In this document: positions 8,064 to 18,991 of the stretch, piece after piece
Position numbering within the stretch: the stretch's first letter is position 1
How the letters are laid out: each line of letters opens with the position of its first letter
Virus record (IMG/VR): IMGVR_UViG_3300017746_000001
Location: 1-64,000 of that record
DNA length: 64,000 nucleotides
From: a virus
Strand: one strand, 5' to 3'
The notes under the pieces: model-generated
What the model was told of the DNA's origin: nothing
What the model saw: the letters and a program-made list of their open reading frames with translations, nothing else
Databases searched by the model: none
Position numbers and translations under genes: made by a program

Positions 8064-10010
8064 TCATCCCTGTAATTTCACATCCAATTCTTGGGCGCTC
8101 GTACTGCCTGTGCTGTTTGTTGCCGTGAAGTTAATGTCAAATGATAGTTGTTCTTCACTTTGCCACGCTAAGTAGCCTCTTCCACCACTTACACCATTCA
8201 CCCTGAATGATGCAGCAGGGGCGAGTGCAGTAGCAGTTCCGTCTTGTGCGGTGCTTTCCACCACATTGCTTATTGATGAAATTCCACTAGAGTCTTCTTG
8301 GAAGTTATCGACTGACCATGCGTAGGATGTTCCTCCTGTGGCTTCCCCGTAGGCATACACATACACTAGAGAATATCCTGATGTTCCGTTCGGGTGGACT
8401 GCATATTCGTAGGCATCTGAGGAGGAGAAGCTAACTGGGACACCTATTACCAGAGAGTTGCCCGAGAAGTTCGATCCATCCTCATCGAGCCATTGTGCGC
8501 TTGATTCTTGGTTCTGAAGCAATACAGCATTGGCGTAGCCGCCACTCGAAGCCGTTGAGATGCGCACGCTCGTAGGCGCAGACGAGCCCGCCTGCGTGGT
8601 TCCACTTGCTTCCGATGAGTATGCTCCATCTCCGCCAGGGTCAGTGAATGCCCTAACTCGGAAGTAGTATGTTGTGCTTCCCGTTAGCCCTGTAGCAGAA
8701 TAAGTAGTACCTGTTTGTGAAGCGATTTGGGAGAATCCTGAACCCGAAGAGGTAGAACGCTCTATCTTATATCCTGCCTCAGTTCCAGTTGGGTTGTTCC
8801 ATGATAGGTTGATTTGTGAGGAAGATATTACAGAAGCAGAAAGTCCTGTGACTTGATTCGGTAGTGTAAAGGAGTTGGCTTCTGATGTGAAAGCCCCATC
8901 GCCATTCGAGTCAACGGCTCTAACCTTGTAGTAATACCTAGTTCCTGCGCTTCTTCCTGTATCATTATATGAGTTAGAAGAAGGTGTAGCAATTTCTGAG
9001 AATCCCGAACCCGAAGAGGTTGAACGGTGAACATCGTAAGAGCTTGCCCCAGAAACAGCGTCCCATGAAAGATTGAGTTGCGTAGTGGATGCAGCCGTTA
9101 TTGCTAGGTTGTTTGGAGCGCCCAAAGTCCCTGCTACATTTATTCTCATTATGTCGTCGTCGTCTTGGTCGGTGTAAAAAATGTAAGTCCAGTCATCATC
9201 GAACCAAACCCCTGATAGTGTTGAGGCTTGTGTGTTTAATGAGTCTGAGGATGAGTCGAAAGTGGCTGTTGAAACATCCCAGGCTGTTGAGAGGTTGTAC
9301 TTGTGCAGTTTGTCACTCACAATATCTGCTACAACGAAGGCGTAGCCATTGCTCTCGAAGTGTATTCCGCCACAAGCAGTCACTTTACTTGAAATATCAA
9401 ATGTGTTAGTTAGGCTTGCTGTTGATAGGTTGTGAGCAGTGGATAGCGTGTATTGGTATACATTATCAGGGTTGTAACCGACTGCATACATTTCTGTACC
9501 ATCATTTTTCACAAATCCGTCATAAACCAACGCAATTTGAGAACTCGTGTTGAAATTGCTTACGGCACTTCCCCCTGTGCTAAGATCCCAAGCAGTTGAA
9601 AGGTCAAATCTATTTACATTGTTAGTAGAGCGACCAAATGAATAGACTTTGCTACCATCATCAGCAACAGATACCCCTCCAACAAGACCCTCTGGAGGAT
9701 TTATGTCCAAGTTGTCACCTGACGAGCTACTGACCGTTACATTCGAGTCTATCGTAAATGCTGTCCCCATATCATATTGGATAATGAAGTCGTCGAGAGT
9801 TCCCCCCATCGAACCTACTACCATGGTTGAACCGTCGTCTTTTACTACAATTCCACCCATGTAGGTACTTAAGTCGCCACCGTTGTAGTTCTGATCTGTT
9901 TGTGAGTTTCCAAGTCCTGAAAGTGATTTAGCCCAAATAGCAGGGTCAGGAGTAGCATTTGCAGTCTCCAATTGCTGAATTGATCCAATCAGCCCTGTCA
10001 TGTATGCCAT
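8064..10010 (-). CDS. Surface/spike protein: beta-propeller-like repeats plus two fibronectin type III domains
   Basis: Repeated YxLSTAWDxST units; LSW...Y.V.RS...YYYKVRA occurs twice. Confidence 0.8.
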   Translation of the reverse strand: MAYMTGLIGSIQQLETANATPDPAIWAKSLSGLGNSQTDQNYNGGDLSTYMGGIVVKDDGSTMVVGSMGGTLDDFIIQYDMGTAFTIDSNVTVSSSSGDNLDINPPEGLVGGVSVADDGSKVYSFGRSTNNVNRFDLSTAWDLSTGGSAVSNFNTSSQIALVYDGFVKNDGTEMYAVGYNPDNVYQYTLSTAHNLSTASLTNTFDISSKVTACGGIHFESNGYAFVVADIVSDKLHKYNLSTAWDVSTATFDSSSDSLNTQASTLSGVWFDDDWTYIFYTDQDDDDIMRINVAGTLGAPNNLAITAASTTQLNLSWDAVSGASSYDVHRSTSSGSGFSEIATPSSNSYNDTGRSAGTRYYYKVRAVDSNGDGAFTSEANSFTLPNQVTGLSASVISSSQINLSWNNPTGTEAGYKIERSTSSGSGFSQIASQTGTTYSATGLTGSTTYYFRVRAFTDPGGDGAYSSEASGTTQAGSSAPTSVRISTASSGGYANAVLLQNQESSAQWLDEDGSNFSGNSLVIGVPVSFSSSDAYEYAVHPNGTSGYSLVYVYAYGEATGGTSYAWSVDNFQEDSSGISSISNVVESTAQDGTATALAPAASFRVNGVSGGRGYLAWQSEEQLSFDINFTATNSTGSTSAQELDVKLQG

Positions 10011-10014
10011 TTAA

Positions 10015-13000
10015 TCACCCAATGAAAATCCACTTATTTGCTTCAACACTTATGTATGTTCTAGCGGTTTCATCAGCCATAGCGGAGTGGGATGTCCAGT
10101 TGGCAGATATTGTGTTTGAGTTGAGGACAGGAGTTGCTGCTCCGTTTGTGTTGTTGATAATAACAAATTGCTGCCCCACTTCTGCGTTTGCAGGTAAGTT
10201 AAGAGTTCCCCCTGTCCAGTAAATCGTCTTTCCTGAATCTGCATCTGTTAGAGTCGTAGTGCTACTGACCGCCTTAACGCTAGTCTTGTAGCCTTGGAAC
10301 ACATTCTTCACGACTGTATCGCTTGAAGTAATCACCACTTGCTCCGTTCCCGTTAGGGTAGCGTCGTTTGCTGCTGCGGAAATTTTCACTTCTGTTGCTG
10401 CGTTGAAGTTGCTGTTCCCTCCGCCTATACAGACTTTATTTGTGCCGTCTGAGTTGTACGCATACAAGCCCGCAACATCTTCCTCTGCATTGTGATAGTG
10501 AGGGGTCGAAATTGTCATCAGTTTGTTAGTGTCGTTCGTCCTTGATGCTGCTTCAATGTCCGAACCGAAGCTCACGGCAGCGTTTGTCATCGTTAGGCCG
10601 TTGGTTTGACCGTGAGTTGAATTGAACTTGAAGTTCGCATTCCGGTTCATTTTCCCGTTGGCATCCCATGTAGGAATCTCATCTGTCCCTGGGCTAATTC
10701 CAGAGACAGCAGGTATGAACGGCCCGCCACCGATGTAGGAGAGATAGGTAGTCATGTATTGTTCTAGATCAGTCATTACCGCCTTCTTGGTCGCTCCTGC
10801 AGATGTGTCCGAAATTATGATTCCATCGTTTTCGGCTATCGTGAAGGTAACTGTACCAGTATCAGCGTCAAGTTGGTTTAGTTCGTCTGAATCTGCTGTG
10901 ACCTTGACAGAACCTATTTTTAGCCCCGCCGTACCTGTTGACGCAGGGATTGTGACGATATTCGTAAAGGTAGGGCCGTCTTTGGGAGCGAGACTGGTTG
11001 TTGAACCTGTCATGTAACCTGCCAATTCTGTTATTGACACTTTCTTAAGAGCTGAAGCGTCAGTATCGTGAATTACGAAAGTGTCGTCTGAGGCAGGCGA
11101 AGCACCGAGGGCGTTCTGACCTGTAATGTCACTAGCGGTGAAGGTGCCGGAAGCAGAGCCTATGTATGTCGCAACATGGGACATGGCGACTTGTTTCATT
11201 GTTCCATCATCGTTCACTACTATGCGGTCTGCGTCTGCCAATGAACCGTTTGAGGCGAAGGCATCACTATTCGCTGAACCATCGAGAATGTTGATTTCCG
11301 TTGTTGTGATGTTTGCACCGTCTAATATCTCTAATTCCGCTTCCCCTATTACGGCAGAACCGATTGTCAAGCCTGCTGCTGTTACTACGCCGTTGAATGC
11401 GGCTGCGCCTGCTGCGCCCATATCTATATCTAAGGCGGTAATTGCGCTGCTACCATCAGTTCCCTTGATCGTGAAGTTCTTATCTGCTGTGCTAACTGTT
11501 AGTACAACATCTCCTGCACTCTGATTGGAGATTCCTAAAATTTCTGTGGTGTTGTCTTTGAATGTCCAATCTCCACCGTCTGCATTGAGAACAATATCGT
11601 GGGAAGCATCTATTATGAAATTAGAAGTTGTTGTTGATAATGTGTTACCATTCAGAGTTATATTATCGACAGTCAGTTTTCCGCCATCAAGTTGTGTCGC
11701 TGTTAGTTTGCCTGTGCTTGGGTTGTATGTGAGATTTCCATCCATTTCGAGCCCATGCGCACCCGTGGCGCTGCCAGCTCCGGCAACGAAGGCTATGAGG
11801 TTGCTCTCATTGGTGTCTTCGTTGTCTGTAATCGTGACTGTCGTTGCGACGGTTGCCGTAGTGGCGGTGGTTGCATTTCCGCTTGTGTTCTGATTTCCAG
11901 CAGTATTCACACCTGGAAGGTTGATGTTCGCTGTTCCATCGAAGGAGACACCACCAATGTTTCTCGCTGTTTCGAGGGCGGTTGCCGTGTCTGCGTTTCC
12001 TGTCACATCACCTGTTATTGCCCCTGCGAAGCCATCTGCGGCGGTTATTTTCCCTGCTGAAATGTCTGCGAGGTCATATCCTGTACCACCTGTGTTTACT
12101 GTAGTCCCTGGTTCTGTCTGTAAGCTATCGAAGAAGGTAAATGGATCGCCTGTTGCGCTTACATCTCTGAATATACCTGCGTATTTCGCCGTTCCACTTT
12201 CGCCATACTGACCATAGAAACCGAAATCCAAGGCATCAGCACTACTTCCTTGGTCTTTGGCAAGCTTGAGCATGGCATCTGCAATCGCAACAGTAGTCGA
12301 ATCGACTGTCGTCGTTGTTCCTTCAACCGTTAGATTCCCAGATAGGGTAAGATTGGTGAATTCGGGGCTGTCTCCTGTTCCGACACCTATTGATGTTCTG
12401 AGCGTAGCGCCGCTTTCTGCAACAGGGTCGGTGGTTCCGTCACCAACAATCATAGCGCCGTCGGCAAGAACGGCCATTGCTGTTATCGCACCTGTCCCTG
12501 AACCAAGGAGAATACCGCCGTTTGTTAGGGTTGTAGCGCCCGTTCCTCCGCTACCCACAGGAAGTGTTCCTGTGACATCATCAGCAAGGCTGACTGCGCC
12601 TAGTGTGATTGCTTGACTGGATATTGAGAGGTAATCGTGGCTTGATGTGACGAGTGTCACATCGGTTGAGTTGTCTGTTCCTGCAGCATCAACACCAATT
12701 GATGTTCTGAGCGTAGCGCCGCTTTCTGCTACTGGATCTCCTGTTCCGTCACCAACAATCATAGCGCCATCGGCAAGAACGCCCATTGCTGTTATCGGGC
12801 CTGTTCCAGAACCAAGGAGAATACCGCCGTCTGTTAGGCTCGTAGCGCCTGTTCCTCCGCTTCCGACTGCGAGTGTACTAGAAAGACCTGCAGCATTTCC
12901 ACTAATATTGCCAGAAGTAAGAGCAACTGTTCCGGCTGTCGCAGGCAGAGTTATAGTGACATCTGTAGTTGCGGCGGGTCCAATAAGCGTGACTTTGTTT

Positions 13001-16000
13001 GTGCCGTTGTCCGAATCTTCGAAGAATTGAATGAAACCTGCACTTGTAGCTCCGTTCTTGAGTTGGATTGTATTTCCATTTGAGTCTAGATCTCCACCCA
13101 ATTGCGGAGAACTGTCATCAACAACATCAGATATTCCACTTGCACCAGATATGTTGTCAAGTTGCGTCTGTATAGCAGAAGTAACGCCATCTAAGTAGCC
13201 TAGTTCTGTGCTTGTTACTGCTGATACAGCAACTTTTCCAGAAGCGTTTGAAACTACCGCCCTGGATGCCGTTAGGTTGGAGTCGTCTATCGTAGTGGCC
13301 GCACCTGTGATTGTTGCTTGCTTTGCATCCAGTTGCGTCTGTATGGCAGAAGTAACGCCATCCAAGTAGCCTAGTTCTGTGCTTGTTACTGCTGAAACAG
13401 CGACTTTTCCAGAAGCGTTTGAAACTACCGCCCTGGATGCCGTTAGGTTAGAACCTGTTATCGTTGAGGCCGCGCCTGAAACAGATGATTGCTTTGCATC
13501 TAATTGCGTCTGTATAGCAGAAGTAACACCATCGACATAGTTCAACTCTGTTGGAGTGGCTGTGATTAGAGGGCTAGTTCCTGGATTTGCGGCAAAGGCC
13601 GCTAGGAATCCTTCATCTGCTGTGCTACCCAAGTCAGGAAGCTTGTAGGTGTGGTCTGCTGTCGGATCCACTATTGAGAGCGTTGTTTCGTGGGCATCAG
13701 CAGTCTCCCCTTCAAAGACAATTGCGTTTGCGGCATTCATGGTCACGGTGTCAACTGTGGTTGTTGTGCCGCTAACAGTTAGATTTGGAACTCTGAGCGT
13801 CCCTGTAGATGGGTTGTAATATAACGCACCATTGTCTTCCAAAAGTGCATTACTACCATCGGTGAAAACCAAGTCAAGATTCGAATTTGCGTTGCTGTCA
13901 GATACAGTTACAGTTGATGCGAGAGTTGCAGTAGCGGCTGTTCCGCTTGTGTCTGCTGCGTTGTTAGGGATTGAGCCGCTAACTAGAGTGATGTTCCCTG
14001 TACCATCGAAAGAAACACCACCAATCGTTCGAGCAGTTGCTAAAGCAGTTGCAGTTGCGGCATTCCCGCTAGTGTCTGCTGCGTTGTCAGGGATTGAGCC
14101 ACTAACTAGGTTGATGTTCGCTGAACCATCGAAAGAAACACCACCAATCGTTCGAGCAGTTGCGAGAGCAGTTGCAGTTGCGGCATTCCCGCTTGTGTCT
14201 TGAGAACCAGAAGTATTCACACCAGGCAGATTGATGTTGGCTGATCCATCGAAAGAAACACCACCAATCGTTCGAGCAGTTGTTAGAGTTGCTGCACTTC
14301 CAGTAATGTTACTAGAGGTGAGGGCAACTGTTCCGGCTGTCGCAGGCAGAGTGATTGTGACATCCCCCGTTGCGGCAGGGCCGATTAGAGTTACTTTGTT
14401 GGTGCCGTTGTCTGAATCCTCGAAGAATTCAATGAAACCTGCACTTGTAGCTCCGTTCTTGAGTTGGATTGTATTTCCATTTGAGTCTAAATCTCCACCT
14501 AATTGCGGAGATGTGTCTTCAACGACATTAGATATTCCACCTCCGCTTGCTGAAATGTAGGTCTGAACATCTGACATAAGCACTTTCTTTGTTGCGTTGG
14601 ATGCAGATGCGTCACCTATGATTAATGAATCTCCATCGGCCAATGTAACGGAAGAACCCGAAGTTCCAGCGTCAAGTATATTGATTTCTGTTGCGTTCGA
14701 AGTTACACTTGTTAGGTCCGTTGGTCCGATAGATATGTTTGCTGAACCGTTAAACGACTGCCCTGCAATCGTTCTTGCAGTAGCGAGAACCGTTGCAGTA
14801 GCAGCATTTCCGCTTGTATCTTGATTACCTGTAGCATTAACACCAGGAAGGTCAATATTGGCAGAGCCGTTGAAAGACACCCCCCCAATGTTTCTTGCAG
14901 TAGCGAGAACCGTTGCAGTAGCAGCATTGCCGCTTGTATCTTGATTACCTGTAGCATTTACACCAGGAAGGTCAATATTGGCAGAGCCGTTGAAAGACAC
15001 GCCTCCAATGTTTCTTGCAGTTGCCAATGTTGTCGCCGTGTCTGCATTTCCTGTTACATCACCCGTTAAGTCTGCTGTAACGCTACTAAATTGAGGAGTT
15101 GCATCTGTCGATAGATCTTGGTTGATTACTGAATCCGCCTCGATGCTTAGAGCCCCACCTACCGTAATTGTCTTTGTAGCATTTACATCGAGAGTGAGGA
15201 CTGCGTTTGCTGCCGTACCTGCTCCCTTGAGTGTCCAGTCGCCCGTACCATCCGTTTTGAAGAATCCAGTTGCAGAACCGTTTTCCTCGATTTCTAGACC
15301 TGTTGCTGTTCCACTTCCTGCACTTCCTCCATCATTCAGAGTGATTAGTTTGTCAGCAATTAGCGTATTTGTTGTTGAAACCGTAGTCGTTGTTCCGTTG
15401 ACGGTCAAATTACCTGCGACTGTAAGTGCGCCTTCCAAAGCTACTGCTTTGTCGGAAGTAATTGTAACAGCCGTAGCGAGGCTGTTTGCAGAATTACCTG
15501 TTGAGCCTGCAGCAGTAGCGACCTGTAGTATGATTGAGCCACCCGCGCCCGTACCCGTACTCTGGCCTGCCGCGAGCGTGAGATTCTTTCCTGCCGTGTC
15601 GGTGCCGCTTACTGCGGTGGATGAAATTAGATTATTTGCTGAGTTGGAGAATTTGAGTGCTGAAAGAACTGCACCTCCAGTTATTATGTCTTTAGTTGCT
15701 GCCGCAGTAAGCAGGTTGTTATCGCTATCAGAGAATGAATCACCAGAGGCCAACAAGGTTTTTCCTGAAACGATGTTTAATTGAGCAGTTGAGGCTGTAA
15801 CCCCGTCTAACTTGTTTACTTCTGCCGTTGTGACTGTTGCGCCCTCTAAAATTCCAAGTTCTGTTTCACTTACATTTACAGAACCAATTCCTATTTCACC
15901 CGTAAATGTAGGATTTGCTATTGGGGCTCGAAGTTCAATTGCTGTTTCGTTGGCCTGTAAAGCCTGTTTAATCGTTTGACTATCAGAAATTGTAGAGCCT

Positions 16001-18984
16001 GTGAAAGTTCCAAGATGTGTTGAACCCGATGAAACACCACTAAGGCTAACTAATGATGTGGCGATTGAAGACCCTACATTCGTAAGAACGGAAGCATCAT
16101 TCAAGAAAGTGACTAGATTTGCCACCGTAGTTTTCTTCGTAGCGTTAGAATCCGAAGCATCACCGATTATGATTGCGTCGCCAGATGCCACCGCAACAGA
16201 TGATCCAGCACTTGCGTCAAGAAGATTCAGTTCGTCTTTATCGGCAGTAAGTCCATCAAGTATATTGATTTCATTAGTAGAGGCTGTAACTCCGTCAAGC
16301 AGATTTAACTCTGCTGTAGTGACGGTTGCATCATCTAAAATGTTTATTTCTGCGGCTGTAGCAGTAACTCCCGTTAAATTAGTCGGTGCTATTGCTATGT
16401 TCGCTGAACCGTCGAAGGAGACTCCAGCAATATTTCTAGCAGTAGCAAGAGTGGCTGCCGTTGTGGCTGCCGTTGCTGTTGCTGCATTACCACTTGTTGA
16501 TGCTGATAGAGTCTGTGCGTTAATTAGAGTTATCAGATCACTCAATAGAACTTTCTTGGTTGCATTAGAAGCATCTGCATCACCTATGATGAAGGCATCT
16601 CCCGTTGCTAATGCTGTCGTTGAACCACCCGAAGCATCAAGCAGGTTTAGTTCGTCTTTGTTGGCAGTAAGTCCATCAAGTATATTGATTTCATCAGTAG
16701 TCGCTGTCACCCCGTCAAGCAGATTTAACTCTGTTGTAGTGACTGTAGCTCCATCTAAAATTTCTAGCTCCGCCTCGAGAATGGCTGCTGAACCAATCGT
16801 TATTCCGGTGCCTGTCAAGACCCCTGACGAAGTAATAGCCCCAGAATTTATCGTACCAACACCACTCATGTTGTTTGTTGAGTCTGCAATCGTGATTCCG
16901 GTTGCTTGTGAGCCTTTTCCTGTCCCATCTGACTTAATTAGCACATTATCTGTTCCAAATGTGCTAGCGGCTGAAACTGCGTTAGATCCTCCACCTACAT
17001 TCGTCAGTACAGAAGCGTCGTTAAGGAATGTTACGATGTCAGACATTGCTACCTGTTTCATCGTTCCATCATCGTTGTAAACTACCCTGTCTGCTGCCGC
17101 TACGACTGTCGAGGTAGCAGAAGTTTCTCCATCCATAAGCGACAGTTCTGCAGTCGAGGCGAGGATTCCATCAAGCACATTAAGCTCGTTTGTCGAAAGT
17201 GTAGCCCCGTCTAAAATATTCAACTCAGCAACGGTGCTTGTAAGTCCTGCTACTGCATTTAACTCGGAAGTAGTGGCTGTAAGTCCGTCTAGTACATTTA
17301 TTTCTCCAGTTGAGGCTGTAACCCCATCAAGTCGATTAAGTTCTGCGGCTGTGGCCGTCATTGACACTCCACCAATGTTGAATGGAGTTGGAATAGATAC
17401 TGTTCCCGTGAATGTTGGATTAAGAGTATTTACAGAACCGTCAAGTTGAGATTGTATGTTTGAAGTCACCCCATCAAGGTAATTTATTTCTGTTGTAGTC
17501 GCAGTAACCCCGTCAAGCAGATTTAACTCACTTGTGCTAGAAGTCAACCCTGCTAATTTGTTTACCTCTGTTGTTGTTGCTGTTACCCCATCGAGTATAT
17601 TTATCTCACCTGCAGTTGAGGTTATTGCCGTTCCAGCCAATTGAAGGCTCCCTGCAGGGATATTTACGGCTCCGGTGAAGGTTGCCCCGCCTAGAGCCGC
17701 TTTTGCGTTTAATTGAGTCTGTATTGCGCTAGTTACCCCGTCAACAAAATTGATTTCAGTAGTGCTTAATGTAGCCCCGTCAAGAATATTCAATTCTGCG
17801 GCGCTTGATGTAAGACCTGAAATCGCATCACCTGGCGATTGAGCGCCCAAAAGTGTAAGAACGCTTGAACTATTAAGAAATGTCACTATATCGGACATTG
17901 CAACTTGTTTCATTGTTCCATCATCGTTGTAAACTACCCGATCACCTGCGGTAACTGTAGTTGAAGTAGCGTTGGTTCCGCCATCTAATACATCTAGTTC
18001 GGATGCAGTAACTCCTGTTGCCTTCAAATCTTTAGCGAAGTTTAGGTCTTCAACATCTCCTGTAAATCCGTCAAGTTTGTTCAATTCTGTTGTAGTTATT
18101 GTTGCTCCGTCAAGTATATTCAACTCACTGGTGTCAGCAGTTAGTCCATCAAGAGTGTTTAACTCAGTTACACTTGAAGAAAGTCCTGGCAGACTCGTGA
18201 GCGCGGATACGCCCGAGAGCAGATTTAATTCAGCCGTTGTCGCGCTAGTGCCTCCGACTCGGTTTAGATCTGCTGTCGAAACTGTAATTCCGTCAGTTAT
18301 GTTGAGTTCATTTGTAGTAGCAGTTACCCCATCAAGCAGATTTATTTCACTTACAGTCAAAGTTGCCCCGTCAAGTATGTTTAGTTCGGCTGCACTAGCC
18401 GTAACTGCAGTTCCACCTACTGCAAAACCTTCCGAAAGATTAGGAGTGCCTGTAAATGTAGGGGAGGCCAAAGCGGCTTTACCTGCTAGAGTGTTTGTGA
18501 TTGTAGTAGCAAAGTTAGCGTCATCCCCTAGAGCAGCAGCCAGTTCATCTAGAGTGTTCAATAGAGCTGGTGCGCCAGTAGTGATTGCAGTTATCGCTGA
18601 TGCGTTTGTGGCTATTCCTCCAAGCGTAGTGGCTACATCTGAAAAACCAGGTATTGCTACTTGACCTGTAAAGGTGGGTGCATCGATTGGCGCTTTTGAC
18701 GCTACTGAGGTCAATACAGTATCAACATTCGCATGAGAAGGCGTAGTTATCGTCCCAGTAAATGTAGGACTGTTAATAGGAGCGTATGTCGAGTTTGCTG
18801 TTGAGGTTGATATGAAACCTTTTGCATCTATCCGGTCATCAGTTGATGCTGCAGTCATTAAGACTGTGTTAGAATCTGTGAAGGATTCAGAAGAAATTTG
18901 AATAGCCGAGCCTGCAAAGTTGCTTACTGTAAGATTGCCTATGTCGTCAGCAAGGGTTGGCGGTGCAGAGTAATTTGATGGCAC
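10015..18984 (-). CDS. Giant repetitive fibre/adhesin protein (2989 aa)
   Basis: Many ~14-aa TxTxxE(L/I)NxLDG repeats and ATALATARxIGGVSFDGSANI repeats; Ser/Thr/Ala/Gly-rich. Confidence 0.85.
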   Translation of the reverse strand: MPSNYSAPPTLADDIGNLTVSNFAGSAIQISSESFTDSNTVLMTAASTDDRIDAKGFISTSTANSTYAPINSPTFTGTITTPSHANVDTVLTSVASKAPIDAPTFTGQVAIPGFSDVATTLGGIATNASAITAITTGAPALLNTLDELAAALGDDANFATTITNTLAGKAALASPTFTGTPNLSEGFAVGGTAVTASAAELNILDGATLTVSEINLLDGVTATTNELNITDGITVSTADLNRVGGTSATTAELNLLSGVSALTSLPGLSSSVTELNTLDGLTADTSELNILDGATITTTELNKLDGFTGDVEDLNFAKDLKATGVTASELDVLDGGTNATSTTVTAGDRVVYNDDGTMKQVAMSDIVTFLNSSSVLTLLGAQSPGDAISGLTSSAAELNILDGATLSTTEINFVDGVTSAIQTQLNAKAALGGATFTGAVNIPAGSLQLAGTAITSTAGEINILDGVTATTTEVNKLAGLTSSTSELNLLDGVTATTTEINYLDGVTSNIQSQLDGSVNTLNPTFTGTVSIPTPFNIGGVSMTATAAELNRLDGVTASTGEINVLDGLTATTSELNAVAGLTSTVAELNILDGATLSTNELNVLDGILASTAELSLMDGETSATSTVVAAADRVVYNDDGTMKQVAMSDIVTFLNDASVLTNVGGGSNAVSAASTFGTDNVLIKSDGTGKGSQATGITIADSTNNMSGVGTINSGAITSSGVLTGTGITIGSAAILEAELEILDGATVTTTELNLLDGVTATTDEINILDGLTANKDELNLLDASGGSTTALATGDAFIIGDADASNATKKVLLSDLITLINAQTLSASTSGNAATATAATTAATLATARNIAGVSFDGSANIAIAPTNLTGVTATAAEINILDDATVTTAELNLLDGVTASTNEINILDGLTADKDELNLLDASAGSSVAVASGDAIIIGDASDSNATKKTTVANLVTFLNDASVLTNVGSSIATSLVSLSGVSSGSTHLGTFTGSTISDSQTIKQALQANETAIELRAPIANPTFTGEIGIGSVNVSETELGILEGATVTTAEVNKLDGVTASTAQLNIVSGKTLLASGDSFSDSDNNLLTAAATKDIITGGAVLSALKFSNSANNLISSTAVSGTDTAGKNLTLAAGQSTGTGAGGSIILQVATAAGSTGNSANSLATAVTITSDKAVALEGALTVAGNLTVNGTTTTVSTTNTLIADKLITLNDGGSAGSGTATGLEIEENGSATGFFKTDGTGDWTLKGAGTAANAVLTLDVNATKTITVGGALSIEADSVINQDLSTDATPQFSSVTADLTGDVTGNADTATTLATARNIGGVSFNGSANIDLPGVNATGNQDTSGNAATATVLATARNIGGVSFNGSANIDLPGVNATGNQDTSGNAATATVLATARTIAGQSFNGSANISIGPTDLTSVTSNATEINILDAGTSGSSVTLADGDSLIIGDASASNATKKVLMSDVQTYISASGGGISNVVEDTSPQLGGDLDSNGNTIQLKNGATSAGFIEFFEDSDNGTNKVTLIGPAATGDVTITLPATAGTVALTSSNITGSAATLTTARTIGGVSFDGSANINLPGVNTSGSQDTSGNAATATALATARTIGGVSFDGSANINLVSGSIPDNAADTSGNAATATALATARTIGGVSFDGTGNITLVSGSIPNNAADTSGTAATATLASTVTVSDSNANSNLDLVFTDGSNALLEDNGALYYNPSTGTLRVPNLTVSGTTTTVDTVTMNAANAIVFEGETADAHETTLSIVDPTADHTYKLPDLGSTADEGFLAAFAANPGTSPLITATPTELNYVDGVTSAIQTQLDAKQSSVSGAASTITGSNLTASRAVVSNASGKVAVSAVTSTELGYLDGVTSAIQTQLDAKQATITGAATTIDDSNLTASRAVVSNASGKVAVSAVTSTELGYLDGVTSAIQTQLDNISGASGISDVVDDSSPQLGGDLDSNGNTIQLKNGATSAGFIQFFEDSDNGTNKVTLIGPAATTDVTITLPATAGTVALTSGNISGNAAGLSSTLAVGSGGTGATSLTDGGILLGSGTGPITAMGVLADGAMIVGDGTGDPVAESGATLRTSIGVDAAGTDNSTDVTLVTSSHDYLSISSQAITLGAVSLADDVTGTLPVGSGGTGATTLTNGGILLGSGTGAITAMAVLADGAMIVGDGTTDPVAESGATLRTSIGVGTGDSPEFTNLTLSGNLTVEGTTTTVDSTTVAIADAMLKLAKDQGSSADALDFGFYGQYGESGTAKYAGIFRDVSATGDPFTFFDSLQTEPGTTVNTGGTGYDLADISAGKITAADGFAGAITGDVTGNADTATALETARNIGGVSFDGTANINLPGVNTAGNQNTSGNATTATTATVATTVTITDNEDTNESNLIAFVAGAGSATGAHGLEMDGNLTYNPSTGKLTATQLDGGKLTVDNITLNGNTLSTTTSNFIIDASHDIVLNADGGDWTFKDNTTEILGISNQSAGDVVLTVSTADKNFTIKGTDGSSAITALDIDMGAAGAAAFNGVVTAAGLTIGSAVIGEAELEILDGANITTTEINILDGSANSDAFASNGSLADADRIVVNDDGTMKQVAMSHVATYIGSASGTFTASDITGQNALGASPASDDTFVIHDTDASALKKVSITELAGYMTGSTTSLAPKDGPTFTNIVTIPASTGTAGLKIGSVKVTADSDELNQLDADTGTVTFTIAENDGIIISDTSAGATKKAVMTDLEQYMTTYLSYIGGGPFIPAVSGISPGTDEIPTWDANGKMNRNANFKFNSTHGQTNGLTMTNAAVSFGSDIEAASRTNDTNKLMTISTPHYHNAEEDVAGLYAYNSDGTNKVCIGGGNSNFNAATEVKISAAANDATLTGTEQVVITSSDTVVKNVFQGYKTSVKAVSSTTTLTDADSGKTIYWTGGTLNLPANAEVGQQFVIINNTNGAATPVLNSNTISANWTSHSAMADETARTYISVEANKWIFIG
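14777..15020. repeat. Near-exact 120-bp tandem duplication inside the fibre gene
   Basis: GCAGTAGCGAGAACCGTTGCAGTAGCAGCATT...GCCGTTGAAAGACAC recurs at 120-bp spacing. Confidence 0.85.
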
Positions 18985-18991
18985 TTTCTAT

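Noticed and set aside
10754-18664. Many long plus-strand ORFs opposite the fibre gene (e.g. 16001-17080)
   Set aside because: Antisense shadows of a repetitive Thr/Ala/Ser/Gly-rich gene, with no RBS or domain motifs.
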